Positions 17,870 through 27,931 of a stretch of DNA of 64,000 nucleotides are shown one piece after another. The notes beneath the pieces were generated by a model. It was not told where the DNA came from and ran no database searches. It saw only the letters and a list, made by a program, of their open reading frames with translations. Every line of letters starts with the position of its first letter. The stretch's first letter is position 1. Source of the DNA: an uncultured Anaerolineaceae bacterium (GTDB lineage Bacteria > Chloroflexota > Anaerolineae > Anaerolineales > UBA4823); NCBI GenBank assembly GCA_964354345.1, contig CAYGZL010000106.1, forward strand, positions 6,170 to 70,169, written 5' to 3'. The position numbers were made by a program, and so were the translations under genes.

Positions 17870-19513
17870 CTATTGACGGGCTAGGATCACCCTTACCACA
17901 CCGCAATCGGGTTCAACCCACACACCCCCATCAACCTCGTCGCCATTGCGCTGGCGTGTGACCGAGTATACGCCTGTACTGGTGAAGTACCCTTCGTCCA
18001 CGCGCACATAAGGCGCCTGGCGGGGCAGGAGCTGCTCGCGCGCCACCGTGGCATCGAGCGCCTGTTCGGGGGGCAGCAGGAGGCGCAGGAATAGCCGGTA
18101 ATGACCGCCGACCAGGTAGAACTCATTTTGATTGACCTGGAAAACCAGACCACGCCCACGTTCACCGGTTGGGCGCATCCCACGCCCAGGCAAATGCCGC
18201 CAATCACGGGGCATACCGTCATCTTGAGAGACCGCGAATGTCACCAGGCCTAGCCAACCATCTAACAGCAGGCGCTGCGTACCCTGGTTCTCCTCCTGGA
18301 CGATGGCATGTATCTGACCACTGCCCTGAAATTGGAGCAGAAGTGGGATCACCGCCGCGACGCAACGCATACTATCAACCACCTGGCGATACTCGATACG
18401 GATTGAGCCGTCCGCATCCAGGATATGTTCAACGGCGAAGAAGGCATATCCTATTGCGTTATAATCAGTCAGGGCGCGAAACATTAACCAGGCATTGGAA
18501 CCACTCGGACTCGATTCGGGGATAAACAGGGGGTTATCGGGGCGGGTGTAGGCAACCAGGGTGCTTTCATAGCCTTGCGTATCCCCGATATAAATGTCCG
18601 GTGCAATTAGATCAATATGCGGGGTGAACCATTTATAAATATCGAGGGTTTTGCTGACTGCGCCACCAGAGGGGTAACTTTCACCCGGGATTGCCCAACC
18701 ACCCTCGCCCAACCAGACGTTGATATACATCGGGAGTGGGTAGACTGCTTTTCCTGCTGCGGCGACCGTGTCAATGTACGATGCAATACTCCAGGCGGTC
18801 ATTAACTCGCCGGCTGCCCAGCCGAATAAATCAGGCCAGGAGCCAGTTTCCTGAGCGCCGGCTTTCTGCCAGATCTCGAAGATGGATCCCTGACCGGCAG
18901 ACATAATCTGGGCAACCAGGTTATCTGGTACCTGGCTTAGAAAATCTGCCTGCCCATCCGGTCCATAATCGCGGTCGCTGCCCAGGATACCCGGTTCATT
19001 TTCGACTTGGATGGCGATGACGGTTTGTTCAGCCTGGTCATTTTCTTTCAAGTACTCGCACAGGGCGGTGAATGCTTTACAATCGGCTGCCAAATTTGCT
19101 GAGCAATGTGATGACAACACCCAGGTGGATTTGCCACTGGGTGTCAAGGCGCGGTGGAAGCGCTGCGGGTTGGTTTTGATCCAACCAGGGACATAGTCCA
19201 TATCGCCATTTTTCCAGGTGCCGAACCACAACAGGATCAGGTGCAAATCGTGCTGGCGGGCATTAGTCAGCAAGGCAGCTACTGGTGTGAAATCAAAGTC
19301 TCCTTCCTGGGGTTCGATTTGTTCCCAATAAACCGGGATTTCCAGTGTATTACCGTCCAATGCTTTGACTGCCTGGAAAGCAGTGGCTGATTCCAGGTCA
19401 TTATAGCCACTGGAATTACAGGTCTGACCACCGAGTGGGAAAAAGGGGCGACCATTAACGTTAAAAATCCGTTTAACTGTGGGTATTGGGGGTTTAGATA
19501 TGGATGATGTCAT
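17870..19513 (-). CDS. Clan GH-A glycoside hydrolase, GH35-like / DUF5597-type beta-galactosidase-like
   Basis: GRPFFPLGGQ..VYWEQIEPQEGDFDF..LILLWFGTWKNG..IAIQVENEPG (NEP acid/base). No signal peptide. Overlaps the upstream epimerase gene by 20 nt. Confidence 0.7.
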   Translation of the reverse strand: MTSSISKPPIPTVKRIFNVNGRPFFPLGGQTCNSSGYNDLESATAFQAVKALDGNTLEIPVYWEQIEPQEGDFDFTPVAALLTNARQHDLHLILLWFGTWKNGDMDYVPGWIKTNPQRFHRALTPSGKSTWVLSSHCSANLAADCKAFTALCEYLKENDQAEQTVIAIQVENEPGILGSDRDYGPDGQADFLSQVPDNLVAQIMSAGQGSIFEIWQKAGAQETGSWPDLFGWAAGELMTAWSIASYIDTVAAAGKAVYPLPMYINVWLGEGGWAIPGESYPSGGAVSKTLDIYKWFTPHIDLIAPDIYIGDTQGYESTLVAYTRPDNPLFIPESSPSGSNAWLMFRALTDYNAIGYAFFAVEHILDADGSIRIEYRQVVDSMRCVAAVIPLLLQFQGSGQIHAIVQEENQGTQRLLLDGWLGLVTFAVSQDDGMPRDWRHLPGRGMRPTGERGRGLVFQVNQNEFYLVGGHYRLFLRLLLPPEQALDATVAREQLLPRQAPYVRVDEGYFTSTGVYSVTRQRNGDEVDGGVWVEPDCGVVRVILARQ

Positions 19514-20450
19514 GTTCGATTAACCAATGTACTGACTCATAAATTGCCTGTAAGGATGAATATCGCGGTTGATAATTTAACCGGCGTTGGGATTTTTCGA
19601 TGCTGAAACAGTTGGGACTGTGTTCCAGGTGGGCGAGGGTGGCTTCAGCATCGGGAGGGGATACTGTCTCCCGCCAGGTGTCGAAGTGTAGGAAACCCAG
19701 GTTGGCTGGTTTTCCAAACCAATTTGCTACAGCTTCGGCATAGCCGCGCAGAGTCAAGGCCGCGGGAGAAACCGCGTGGAAGCTTTCTCCCAGGGCGGCG
19801 CTCCGCTGGATAATCGCCTGCATAAAGAGTTGCGCAACGTCATCCGCGTGGACATGGTGAAGTAATTCTGTGCCAGAATTTGGCAGATAAACTTTTTCGC
19901 CTTGCGCCAGGCTGCTGAAAACGCTGGGATTAAAATTAGCCTGCGGGTTGAGCGGTGCCCAACCGGGGCCGACGATATGCCCGGGTAGGATACAAGCTTC
20001 AGGAAAGCCATTTTTCCGGTATTCATCATGTAAATAGGCTTCGATAGCAGCTTTCTCGATCCCGTATGACCCAATCGGGCGGCGGGGCGCCTCTTCGTTA
20101 ACCGGAACCTGAGTTGTAAAACCATGCACCCACACCGTACTGCAGTGTAAAAAGATCTGTACCTGGTCGCGTAAGGCTTCTACCAATTGTTGAGCGCCTG
20201 GTTGGGTGTAACAAATCATATCGATGACAATTTCAGGTGATAAGGCGCGGATTTTCACCCCGAAGGTTCCCGCTCTCTCCTCGACGCTTCGATCCAACAC
20301 AACATAGTTAACCTTAGCCCAGGCGCCGTGAGATGAATAGGGCTGTTGTAGACCCCGGGTAATTACGGTAAGCTCCATGCCAGCCTCAATCAAGCGGGGT
20401 ACCAGGTAGGTGCCAATGTGACCTGAGCCTCCAATCAAAACAACGTGCAT
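19494..20450 (-). CDS. NAD-dependent epimerase/dehydratase (extended SDR)
   Basis: MHVVLIGGSGHIGTYLV Rossmann motif and 318 aa length. RBS GGAG. Confidence 0.75.
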   Translation of the reverse strand: MHVVLIGGSGHIGTYLVPRLIEAGMELTVITRGLQQPYSSHGAWAKVNYVVLDRSVEERAGTFGVKIRALSPEIVIDMICYTQPGAQQLVEALRDQVQIFLHCSTVWVHGFTTQVPVNEEAPRRPIGSYGIEKAAIEAYLHDEYRKNGFPEACILPGHIVGPGWAPLNPQANFNPSVFSSLAQGEKVYLPNSGTELLHHVHADDVAQLFMQAIIQRSAALGESFHAVSPAALTLRGYAEAVANWFGKPANLGFLHFDTWRETVSPPDAEATLAHLEHSPNCFSIEKSQRRLNYQPRYSSLQAIYESVHWLIEHDIIHI

Positions 20451-20481
20451 AGAATCTCCAGTTTATTTAGTCTTCCTTGAG

Positions 20482-20489
20482 TATCAATT
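20482..20489. promoter_or_regulatory. AATTGATA/TATCAATT octamer copy, 31 nt upstream of the epimerase ATG
   Basis: Plus strand reads AGTATCAATT at 20480-20489. It overlaps the abfA stop codon. Confidence 0.3.
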
Positions 20490-21995
20490 CTTGTGACCAG
20501 CACTACAGATTACCGTAAAGGATAACGGTGGTAGACTGAGCTTAAATAGACCATCTTGGAGAACCTGTGTACCCAAATTAACCGGGACCAGGTGATTGGG
20601 TTGCTCAAAAGTATTGGCAGCTTTCGGATCTTTACCGGATAACTGGTAAATCTGCACTACCGCGTCGGATTGGCTGGCCGGCCAGCTAACCTCCAACGGC
20701 GTAGGTTCCACCAGACTACGGTTGACGATGAATAAGGCAGTCTGCCGGGTCTCAGGATCGTAACTGGCGGAGGCGTCCAGCAGAGGTACTGCTCCGAACT
20801 GGTTGGTGTTATAGAGGGGCGATTTGCATAATATATCCAGCGATTGACCGTGAGCAAAGCGCCGGAAGAGCTGGAAGGGGTAATAAATCGTCTGCTTAAC
20901 CAGTCCATCGGGTCGGGTCAGGATTGGAGCAATCACATTAACAAGCTGAGCCAGGCAGGCGATGCGTAACACATTACACCGCCGCAAGAAAACATTCATC
21001 CACTGGGCTACTACTAACGCGTCTTCCAGGTTATATACCTCTTCGATGAGGTGTGGCGCTTCAGTCCATTGCCCATCCACCACTTGATCCTTATACCAGA
21101 CATTCCACTCGTCCCACGATAGGTACACTTCATGTTTCGAACGGAGCCTGGCGCGCACATAGCGCAGGGTGCCAGCCAGGGTATCCAGGTGATTTTCGAA
21201 CTGGCTCGCCAGGGCCAAATAGCTGGGAGTATCCATGGCGTGGTTGTTCGCGTAATAATGCAACGAAAGGTATTCCACCTGCTCCCAGCAAATTTCCAGG
21301 CTGGTGCGGTCCCATTCCGGGTAGGTGGGCATGCCGGTACCGGAAGAGCCGCACAGGACGAGTTGTAACGACGGATCATGCCATTTCATCAATTTCGCCG
21401 CTTCCTTTGCTTTTTGAGCATAGGCGACTGCGTCCAGATGACCAATTTGCCAGGGGCCGTCCATCTCATTGCCCAGGCACCAGGTACGGACATTGTGAGG
21501 TTGCGCGTAGCCGTGATAGGCGCGCAAGTCGCTGTAATAAGATCCAACCGGGGCGTTGCAATATTCCACAAGTGCGCCAGCCTCTTCAATCGTACCAGTG
21601 CCCAGGTTTACGCCCAGCATCGGTTGGGTTTTGAGTTGATGGCAATATTCGATGAATTCATTGGTGCCAAATTGGTTCGTCTCGATCGACCGCCAGGCCA
21701 GCTCGCGCCGGCGGGGTCGCTGCTGGCGCAGTCCGACGCCATCCAGCCAGTGGTATCCGCTTAAAAAGTTGCCTCCAGGATAGCGGATGATTGTCGGGCC
21801 TAGCTCACGCAGCGCAGACTGCACGTCTCGACGAAAGCCGAATTCATCTGCTAACGGTGAACCTGGTTCGAAGATGCCCTGGTAAATCGCGCGCCCCATG
21901 TGCTCCAGGAAACCACCGTAAATTTCAGGTTGTATCTCGCCCAGGACCCTTTCGGGATCGATGGTGATGTGACTGATAGTACCGGTTTTATCCAT
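20484..21995 (-). CDS. abfA: Alpha-L-arabinofuranosidase, GH51
   Basis: IRYPGGNFLSGYHWLDGVG, WCLGNEMDGPWQIGH (acid/base E) and LSWDEWNVWY (nucleophile region). 503 aa. Confidence 0.9.
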   Translation of the reverse strand: MDKTGTISHITIDPERVLGEIQPEIYGGFLEHMGRAIYQGIFEPGSPLADEFGFRRDVQSALRELGPTIIRYPGGNFLSGYHWLDGVGLRQQRPRRRELAWRSIETNQFGTNEFIEYCHQLKTQPMLGVNLGTGTIEEAGALVEYCNAPVGSYYSDLRAYHGYAQPHNVRTWCLGNEMDGPWQIGHLDAVAYAQKAKEAAKLMKWHDPSLQLVLCGSSGTGMPTYPEWDRTSLEICWEQVEYLSLHYYANNHAMDTPSYLALASQFENHLDTLAGTLRYVRARLRSKHEVYLSWDEWNVWYKDQVVDGQWTEAPHLIEEVYNLEDALVVAQWMNVFLRRCNVLRIACLAQLVNVIAPILTRPDGLVKQTIYYPFQLFRRFAHGQSLDILCKSPLYNTNQFGAVPLLDASASYDPETRQTALFIVNRSLVEPTPLEVSWPASQSDAVVQIYQLSGKDPKAANTFEQPNHLVPVNLGTQVLQDGLFKLSLPPLSFTVICSAGHKN

Positions 21996-22038
21996 GTCGG
22001 GATTGCCTCTCGTTGGATTTGAAGGTTGAAGGTTACTT

Positions 22039-22046
22039 TATCAATT
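22039..22046. promoter_or_regulatory. AATTGATA/TATCAATT octamer copy, 43 nt upstream of the abfA ATG
   Basis: Plus strand reads TTATCAATTTT in the 92-bp gap between the aldolase-fold gene and abfA. Confidence 0.3.
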
Positions 22047-22087
22047 TTATTCTAATGTTAGGGTGGTTTATTGAACCACGCTTATGT

Positions 22088-22942
22088 TTATATCATCCCC
22101 TGGTCAGTCGCGCCGAATAAATCTAGATAAGCGTTGCAACGGTTTGTAAAGGCTTCGACAGCCACAGTGGTCAGGTCAAAATAGCCCGTCTGCGGTTTTT
22201 GCGCGGAGGAGATCATTTTACGGGCGGCGGTGATATAGAGATCGGTAGCGATGTTGATCTTGGTAATTCCACGCGCAATGGCTCCCCGTACCTGGTCTTC
22301 CGGCAGACCGGTACCGCCATGCAGCACCAGGGGAATAGCGACACGCCCGGCGATATCCTCGAGTAAATCGAAATCCAGTTGGGGCTGACCTTGATACAGA
22401 CCGTGCGCATTGCCAATCGCGATGGCCAAGAAATCTACACCGGTTTCCTGGACGAAGCGTTCGACGATGGCGGGATCTGTAAATCCTTTGCGCTGCCCGG
22501 TGATAGCCTGGTAGTCGCTACCCAGCCCGACATGCCCAAGCTCAGCTTCAACTGCTGCGCCAGCGGTATGTCCTGCCTGGACGATGGCGCGTGTTTGAGC
22601 GATATTCTCAGCCAGGGGCAGATGGGAGCCATCAAACATGAGGTCGGTACAGCCATATTTCAGAGCCAGCAAACATTGATCCAGACTGGAACCATGGTCG
22701 AGCATTATCGAAACCGGCGCAGTGGAACCCTCCGCTCGCACACGCAGGTAAGCTACCAGGGCAGGTGTGTAAGCTTTGTCGAAGATGCCTGCATAGATTG
22801 CCAGGATCCCGGGTGCATGTTTAGACTCAAAAGCGTGGATCATGCCTTCCGTGCTATGTTGATCGAAGGTATCGAAAAGAGGTACCGCGTAGTGGTGCGC
22901 CTGGGCGCGTAACAACTCCGCTTTGATTGAAACGAGGGGCAT
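22088..22942 (-). CDS. Class II ketose-bisphosphate aldolase family protein (second paralog)
   Basis: YAVPLFD, IMLDHG, LMFDGS and LVLHGGTG. Separated from the upstream FGGY kinase gene by 1 nt. Confidence 0.8.
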   Translation of the reverse strand: MPLVSIKAELLRAQAHHYAVPLFDTFDQHSTEGMIHAFESKHAPGILAIYAGIFDKAYTPALVAYLRVRAEGSTAPVSIMLDHGSSLDQCLLALKYGCTDLMFDGSHLPLAENIAQTRAIVQAGHTAGAAVEAELGHVGLGSDYQAITGQRKGFTDPAIVERFVQETGVDFLAIAIGNAHGLYQGQPQLDFDLLEDIAGRVAIPLVLHGGTGLPEDQVRGAIARGITKINIATDLYITAARKMISSAQKPQTGYFDLTTVAVEAFTNRCNAYLDLFGATDQGMI

Positions 22943-22943
22943 A

Positions 22944-24485
22944 CTAATTACCTAAATATTCCCGTAAAGCCGGATAAAGGTGGCGATAAACAGTCTCATA
23001 TAAATGCACGTAATGCTTGTGGCGGGCAGGCTCCGGTAGATACGTAGAACTGAGTCGGGGTGTCATCGCCTCAGCCGCCTGGAACACATCCGGGAACATG
23101 CCTGACCCACTGGCAGCCAGGATGCCAGCCCCTAACGCGGCTGCTTCTGGTGTATCACAGACGCGAATGGGTATGCCGGTGACATCCGCGATGACCTGGA
23201 GCCACATAGAGCTGTGAGTTCCGCCTCCCATGGCGATGAACTGAGCGATTTGTTGACCCAGCGCCTGTGCCACGCCTTCCAGATGGAGCCGCAATTCGAA
23301 GGCAATCCCTTCGAGGATTGCTCGATACATATGGGCTTTTCCATGCCTACCTTGCCAACCGATGATAATACCACGCGCGGCAGGATCCCAATACGGATTC
23401 ATGGCGCTGTTCCAGTAGGGAACTAAAAGAAGTCCTTCTGCTCCGGGTGGTAGCTCCTGGGCCATCTGTTCCAACCGGAAGGGGATTGGTTGGCTGGTTT
23501 GGGTTTGATTGACAGATTGAGATTGAATTTCTGTTTCGCCTTGATCCGCCGGTCCACAAAACTGCTTGATGAACCAATCCAAAGTGTATGCGCCACCCAG
23601 GATCACTGTCTCAAGAAAATAGCCTGTGGGGTAACCCCCGAACATCGTTCGAAAAGCCCGGCTGATGACATAGGTTGGGGAGTAGAATCCCCCAATGACT
23701 GCTGTGCCCAGGTTGAGATAAGCGCTTTCGGTGTGGCTCAGGTTGATACTCAAGCCCCCTGCCTGCCCGTCGCCCAATCCGGCGTATACTGGCAATCCCT
23801 CTGGTAGCCCGCATAGCTCAGCGGCTGAGGCGGTCACTTCACCCACCCAGGCGCCGGGGGCGATGGCTGGTGGGAGTTGATCCATCCGCGCGCCACAGGC
23901 AACCACGATTTCTGGCGACCATCGCTGCTGCTGCATATCGAAAAGACCAGTCGGGTCAGCACACCCCCAACTGGTGCAGGGTGAACCAATCAGGCGATGG
24001 ATCAGGAAGCCGTGAACATCCAGAATCCGAGCAGCGTTATGCATCCTATCAGGGTAGTTTTCCGCCAGCCAGGCCAGCTTGGGCGCGGTCAGGTTGCCAG
24101 AGAGAGGTTTCCCAGTTGTCCTGTGGAAGGCTTCTCCACCGATTTGTTTTTCAATCCATCCCAACTGATCCCGCCCGCGCTCATCCATCCATAGCAGGGC
24201 GTTACCGAGCGGTCGACCATCTCCATCCGTCAGCACGAAAGTCTCACGCTGGCAAGCCAGACTCACACCAACCAGGCGGTGCACATCAATTTGGGCTGTG
24301 ACCTGGCGTGTCGCATCAACCAAAGCCTGCCACCAGCTTTCCGCATCCTGTTCATGCCCATTATCAGGCGAGGTTAGGATGGCAATAGGACTGCGACCGA
24401 TCGCCAGGAGATGACCTGTCTGGTTAAAGGCAATTACCTTACAGGAGGTCGTACTACAATCAATCCCAAGCGCCAAATCTATCAA
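22944..24485 (-). CDS. FGGY-family carbohydrate kinase (xylulokinase-like)
   Basis: LGIDCSTTSCKV N-terminal motif and C-terminal GGGTHSSMWLQVIADVTG. TTG start. Confidence 0.8.
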   Translation of the reverse strand: MIDLALGIDCSTTSCKVIAFNQTGHLLAIGRSPIAILTSPDNGHEQDAESWWQALVDATRQVTAQIDVHRLVGVSLACQRETFVLTDGDGRPLGNALLWMDERGRDQLGWIEKQIGGEAFHRTTGKPLSGNLTAPKLAWLAENYPDRMHNAARILDVHGFLIHRLIGSPCTSWGCADPTGLFDMQQQRWSPEIVVACGARMDQLPPAIAPGAWVGEVTASAAELCGLPEGLPVYAGLGDGQAGGLSINLSHTESAYLNLGTAVIGGFYSPTYVISRAFRTMFGGYPTGYFLETVILGGAYTLDWFIKQFCGPADQGETEIQSQSVNQTQTSQPIPFRLEQMAQELPPGAEGLLLVPYWNSAMNPYWDPAARGIIIGWQGRHGKAHMYRAILEGIAFELRLHLEGVAQALGQQIAQFIAMGGGTHSSMWLQVIADVTGIPIRVCDTPEAAALGAGILAASGSGMFPDVFQAAEAMTPRLSSTYLPEPARHKHYVHLYETVYRHLYPALREYLGN

Positions 24486-24522
24486 AGAAATATATCACGG
24501 AAAGCCAGGTTGTTTGCCTGAT

Positions 24523-25731
24523 TCAAGGACGAGTGGGACTGCCATCTGGCAGGCGGGTTTGTGTCCACCAGTCCACTTCGTCAACACAAGGGTATTTGGC
24601 AGCCAGTTTTTCATCGAAATCAATGCCCAGACCAGGCAAGTCATTGGGATACATATAGCCATTCCGCACAACCGGCAGCCCGGGGAACATTTCATAGACC
24701 AGATCGTTGAAGCGACACCATTCCTGGATGCCGAAGTTTGGCGCCCATAAATCAAGGTGTAAGTTAGCGGCATGTCCGACTGGAGAGGTATCCCCCGGGC
24801 CATGCCAGGCGGTACGGATACCGTAGATATTTGCGAAGATCGCTGCGTCACGGGCGGGCGTGATGCCGCCCATCTGGCTGATGTGCATGCGGATGAAGTC
24901 AATCAGGCGTTCTTGGATCAACAGACGCCACTCATGGGGATTGTTAAATAGCTCGCCCATCGCCAACGGTGTGGCGCACTGCTGCCGGATGAGACGGTAC
25001 CACTCGATATCATCAGGCGCCAGCGAGTCTTCCAGAAAGAATAATTTGAAACGCTCTAAATCCTTTGCGAACTGCACGGTATCAATCGGTGAGAGGCGCT
25101 CGTGAACGTCGTGCAGCAACTCGACCTCCTCACCAACGTTAGTGCGTACATACTCGATCATATGGGTCATCCGGCGCATGTAATCGCGCGGATCGAAGTA
25201 TGCCCCCTCCGGCGCACCCTCCGGTTTGGCCAGACGGGTTGCTTTACCGCCATAGCCGCCCATTTGAATCCGGATGTAGCGATAGCCCTGCTCCTGGTAC
25301 TTCCGCACGTTCTCGACCACTTCCTGAGGATCGCGCCCGTCGGCATGTGTATATACTGCAGCAGCTTCACGGCTTTTCCCACCCAATAACTGGTAGACCG
25401 GCATGCCGGCCAGTTTGCCTTTAATGTCCCACAGCGCCTGGTCAATGCCCGAAATGGCGTTATTGAGCACCGGACCGTTGCGCCAGTAGCTCTGCACCAT
25501 GGCCATGTTCCACAATTCCTGGATGCGGGAGACATCCCTACCGATGACAAATGGCTTCAGGTGTTTTTCCAGGGCTGTGTATACCGCCTGGTAGCGCTGG
25601 GTGAAGGTCGCGCAGCCCAACCCGTACAGGTTGGGTTCGGAGGTAAGCACTTTCACGATGATGAAGCGCATCCCTGCGCTGGAGGTCTGGACAAGGTGGG
25701 TTTTTACATCCCGGATCGTAATTGGAGGCAT
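24523..25731 (-). CDS. Enolase-superfamily D-mannonate dehydratase (ManD) subgroup protein
   Basis: IIVKVLTSEPNLYGLGCATF, ISGIDQALWDIKGK and metal ligands in DVHERL / EDS / GEL. 402 aa. Confidence 0.8.
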   Translation of the reverse strand: MPPITIRDVKTHLVQTSSAGMRFIIVKVLTSEPNLYGLGCATFTQRYQAVYTALEKHLKPFVIGRDVSRIQELWNMAMVQSYWRNGPVLNNAISGIDQALWDIKGKLAGMPVYQLLGGKSREAAAVYTHADGRDPQEVVENVRKYQEQGYRYIRIQMGGYGGKATRLAKPEGAPEGAYFDPRDYMRRMTHMIEYVRTNVGEEVELLHDVHERLSPIDTVQFAKDLERFKLFFLEDSLAPDDIEWYRLIRQQCATPLAMGELFNNPHEWRLLIQERLIDFIRMHISQMGGITPARDAAIFANIYGIRTAWHGPGDTSPVGHAANLHLDLWAPNFGIQEWCRFNDLVYEMFPGLPVVRNGYMYPNDLPGLGIDFDEKLAAKYPCVDEVDWWTQTRLPDGSPTRP

Positions 25732-25734
25732 ATT

Positions 25735-26886
25735 TTAGCTCGCGGGGGTGAACTTGATACGCACTTTTTCGATTGGGACGCCGACCACTGTGATTTCCTC
25801 CAGCTTATTGGTGCCCAACCCGGCTTCTGCGGCCAGGTTTAAATGATTATCGCAACGAATATAGGGAGATTCAGGATAATCACCAGTCGGATCATACCCC
25901 ATGACCGCTGTGGCAACTGCATCAGTCGCCACTGGATTCTTTCCCGCGATCAGTACCCCAGGCTGGATTGGAGAGACACCATTAATCCAGGGTCCCTCCC
26001 CGCTTTGGCATGATTTAATACCATCTACCAGTGAGAAATGGATCGGACGAGTGCGGTTTAAATCAATAATCACGCGTGGTAATCGGCTGCGGGTTTGGTT
26101 GGCTGGGCCATGGAAACCCGAGCGATATTTATCAGTCGACTGCAGTGTGTAGAACCGGTAAGGAACCAGGCCATAAAGGTTCTTCATGGTATGGGTGACG
26201 CCAGCATTGTAATGGTTCTTCATCTTCGATACCGACATGAAGACATTCACATTCTGGAGGATTTTATTGAATGTAAACGACTGGTAGATGAAACTCTTCT
26301 CGGGTACGTTTATCTCGTCGAATTTGTCAAAGGGTTTGATGTCATTCAAATCAATCAACCTGGCGCCAGTTGACTGGGCAATCTCTTCGTAGCCATATTC
26401 GGTGTACGAGGCCCATTCATAAGCTGCTTCGACGATGTAGATCTCTTTGGCGCCGGCCAGGCGGACTTGCTCGATGAGAGCTTGCACAACCAGGGGGTGG
26501 GTAATGAAGCTTTCAATAGGTTTAGCCCCTGGCAGTGAGCCTGAGGTGACTCCTCCGGTCATATTCACTTTGATGGCGACGCTATCACCGGATTTGACCA
26601 CATCGTTTAAGCCGCCGAGACTATCGATGAGACTGGTCACTTCCTGGCGGACCAACTCAAGATTGTAATCTTTCACCTGTCCGATCGCTACCGTGGCTTG
26701 TTTCGGACCGCTGGGTTGCTCAGGCGTTACGAATTTGCCTACCTCTGGACTTGGTTCGGATTTACAGCTACTGAGCAGGGCGCTGGCGGTTACCAGACCA
26801 GTCAGGCGCAAGAATTCACGCCGGGACAAGAAATTATCAGATTGGGGTAGTGAGTTTTTCTGGTTCTTACGATCATGATGGTTCAT
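25735..26886 (-). CDS. DUF362-like protein with a Tat signal and lipobox
   Basis: SRREFLRLTGLVTASALLSSC gives a twin-arginine motif plus lipobox. The remainder resembles DUF362 as I recall it (KVNMTGG.., NHYNAGVT). Confidence 0.6.
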   Translation of the reverse strand: MNHHDRKNQKNSLPQSDNFLSRREFLRLTGLVTASALLSSCKSEPSPEVGKFVTPEQPSGPKQATVAIGQVKDYNLELVRQEVTSLIDSLGGLNDVVKSGDSVAIKVNMTGGVTSGSLPGAKPIESFITHPLVVQALIEQVRLAGAKEIYIVEAAYEWASYTEYGYEEIAQSTGARLIDLNDIKPFDKFDEINVPEKSFIYQSFTFNKILQNVNVFMSVSKMKNHYNAGVTHTMKNLYGLVPYRFYTLQSTDKYRSGFHGPANQTRSRLPRVIIDLNRTRPIHFSLVDGIKSCQSGEGPWINGVSPIQPGVLIAGKNPVATDAVATAVMGYDPTGDYPESPYIRCDNHLNLAAEAGLGTNKLEEITVVGVPIEKVRIKFTPAS

Positions 26887-26918
26887 TATGTTCTCCTAGT
26901 CTACTACCATGAAAATAA

Positions 26919-27893
26919 TTACAACCCGAGCATAAACCTGAAGATGATATCATCCTGTCCCGGTAGATTTTCATGACCAAAGTCCGGATAGATGACCATT
27001 TTCTTCGGGGCGGTAATTTTATTATATACCGCGAACTGGCTGGAGGGTGGACAGATTGTATCCATCAGGCCAATCGCCCACAACACCTCCGCCCGGATGC
27101 GCGACGCCAGAAATTGGATATCGATATACCCCAGCGTTTCAAAGATGCTTTGCTCCTGCTCGTGGCGTGGATCGAAATGACGGAAGTATTCCGTTAATTC
27201 CGCATAAGCGTCTTTGGCCTGATCCATATCCCAGACGCGCTTGTAGTCGCTCAGGAAGGGGAAGACTGGAGCGGCACGTTTTACGCGGGGTTCAAGCGCC
27301 ACACAGGCAACGGTCAGGGCACCGCCCTGGCTGCCACCGGTCACGCCGACCCGTCCTGGATCAACCTCGGGCATTTCCATGACAATTTTAGCTAATTGTG
27401 CAGTATCCAGGTAAATTTGCCGGAAGAGCAGTTTTTCGGGCTGACCCTCCAAGGCGTCTTCCAGGCCGCGGATGATATGACCATGCTGGGTATTGCCATG
27501 GACAGGTCCAGGATCCTCGGACAATCCACCCTGACCGCGGCAATCCAGCGCTGCAACCGTAAAACCCTGCGCTACGTAGCCAAGCTTGTCAGACCAGTCG
27601 CCTGAATCTCCAGTGTAGCCATGAAACATCAGAACTGCGGGATGCGGTGCGGGGGCGTTTTTCGGTCGGAGTAGCTTGGCATGCAGACGCGCCCCGCCGA
27701 CTCCGTTGAAATAAAGATGGAAACACTCAGCGTTCAGCGCCTGGAATTCGGCAGGCGTTAATGTTACCTGTGAATCAAGCTGACCCATCTCTAATAGACT
27801 GCGATCCCAAAAAGAATCGAAATCTGCTGGGCGGGGATTGAGGCCCTGGTAGGTTTGTAATTCATCGAGACCAAAATCAAATGTGAGTGGCAT
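26919..27893 (-). CDS. CE7 acetyl xylan esterase / cephalosporin-C deacetylase
   Basis: LDELQTYQG N-terminus, CRGQGG, nucleophile elbow GGSQGG, and C-terminal DFGHE. Confidence 0.88.
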   Translation of the reverse strand: MPLTFDFGLDELQTYQGLNPRPADFDSFWDRSLLEMGQLDSQVTLTPAEFQALNAECFHLYFNGVGGARLHAKLLRPKNAPAPHPAVLMFHGYTGDSGDWSDKLGYVAQGFTVAALDCRGQGGLSEDPGPVHGNTQHGHIIRGLEDALEGQPEKLLFRQIYLDTAQLAKIVMEMPEVDPGRVGVTGGSQGGALTVACVALEPRVKRAAPVFPFLSDYKRVWDMDQAKDAYAELTEYFRHFDPRHEQEQSIFETLGYIDIQFLASRIRAEVLWAIGLMDTICPPSSQFAVYNKITAPKKMVIYPDFGHENLPGQDDIIFRFMLGL

Positions 27894-27931
27894 ATTTACC
27901 TCTGTGATGGTTTGGTTTTTCTACTATTAAA

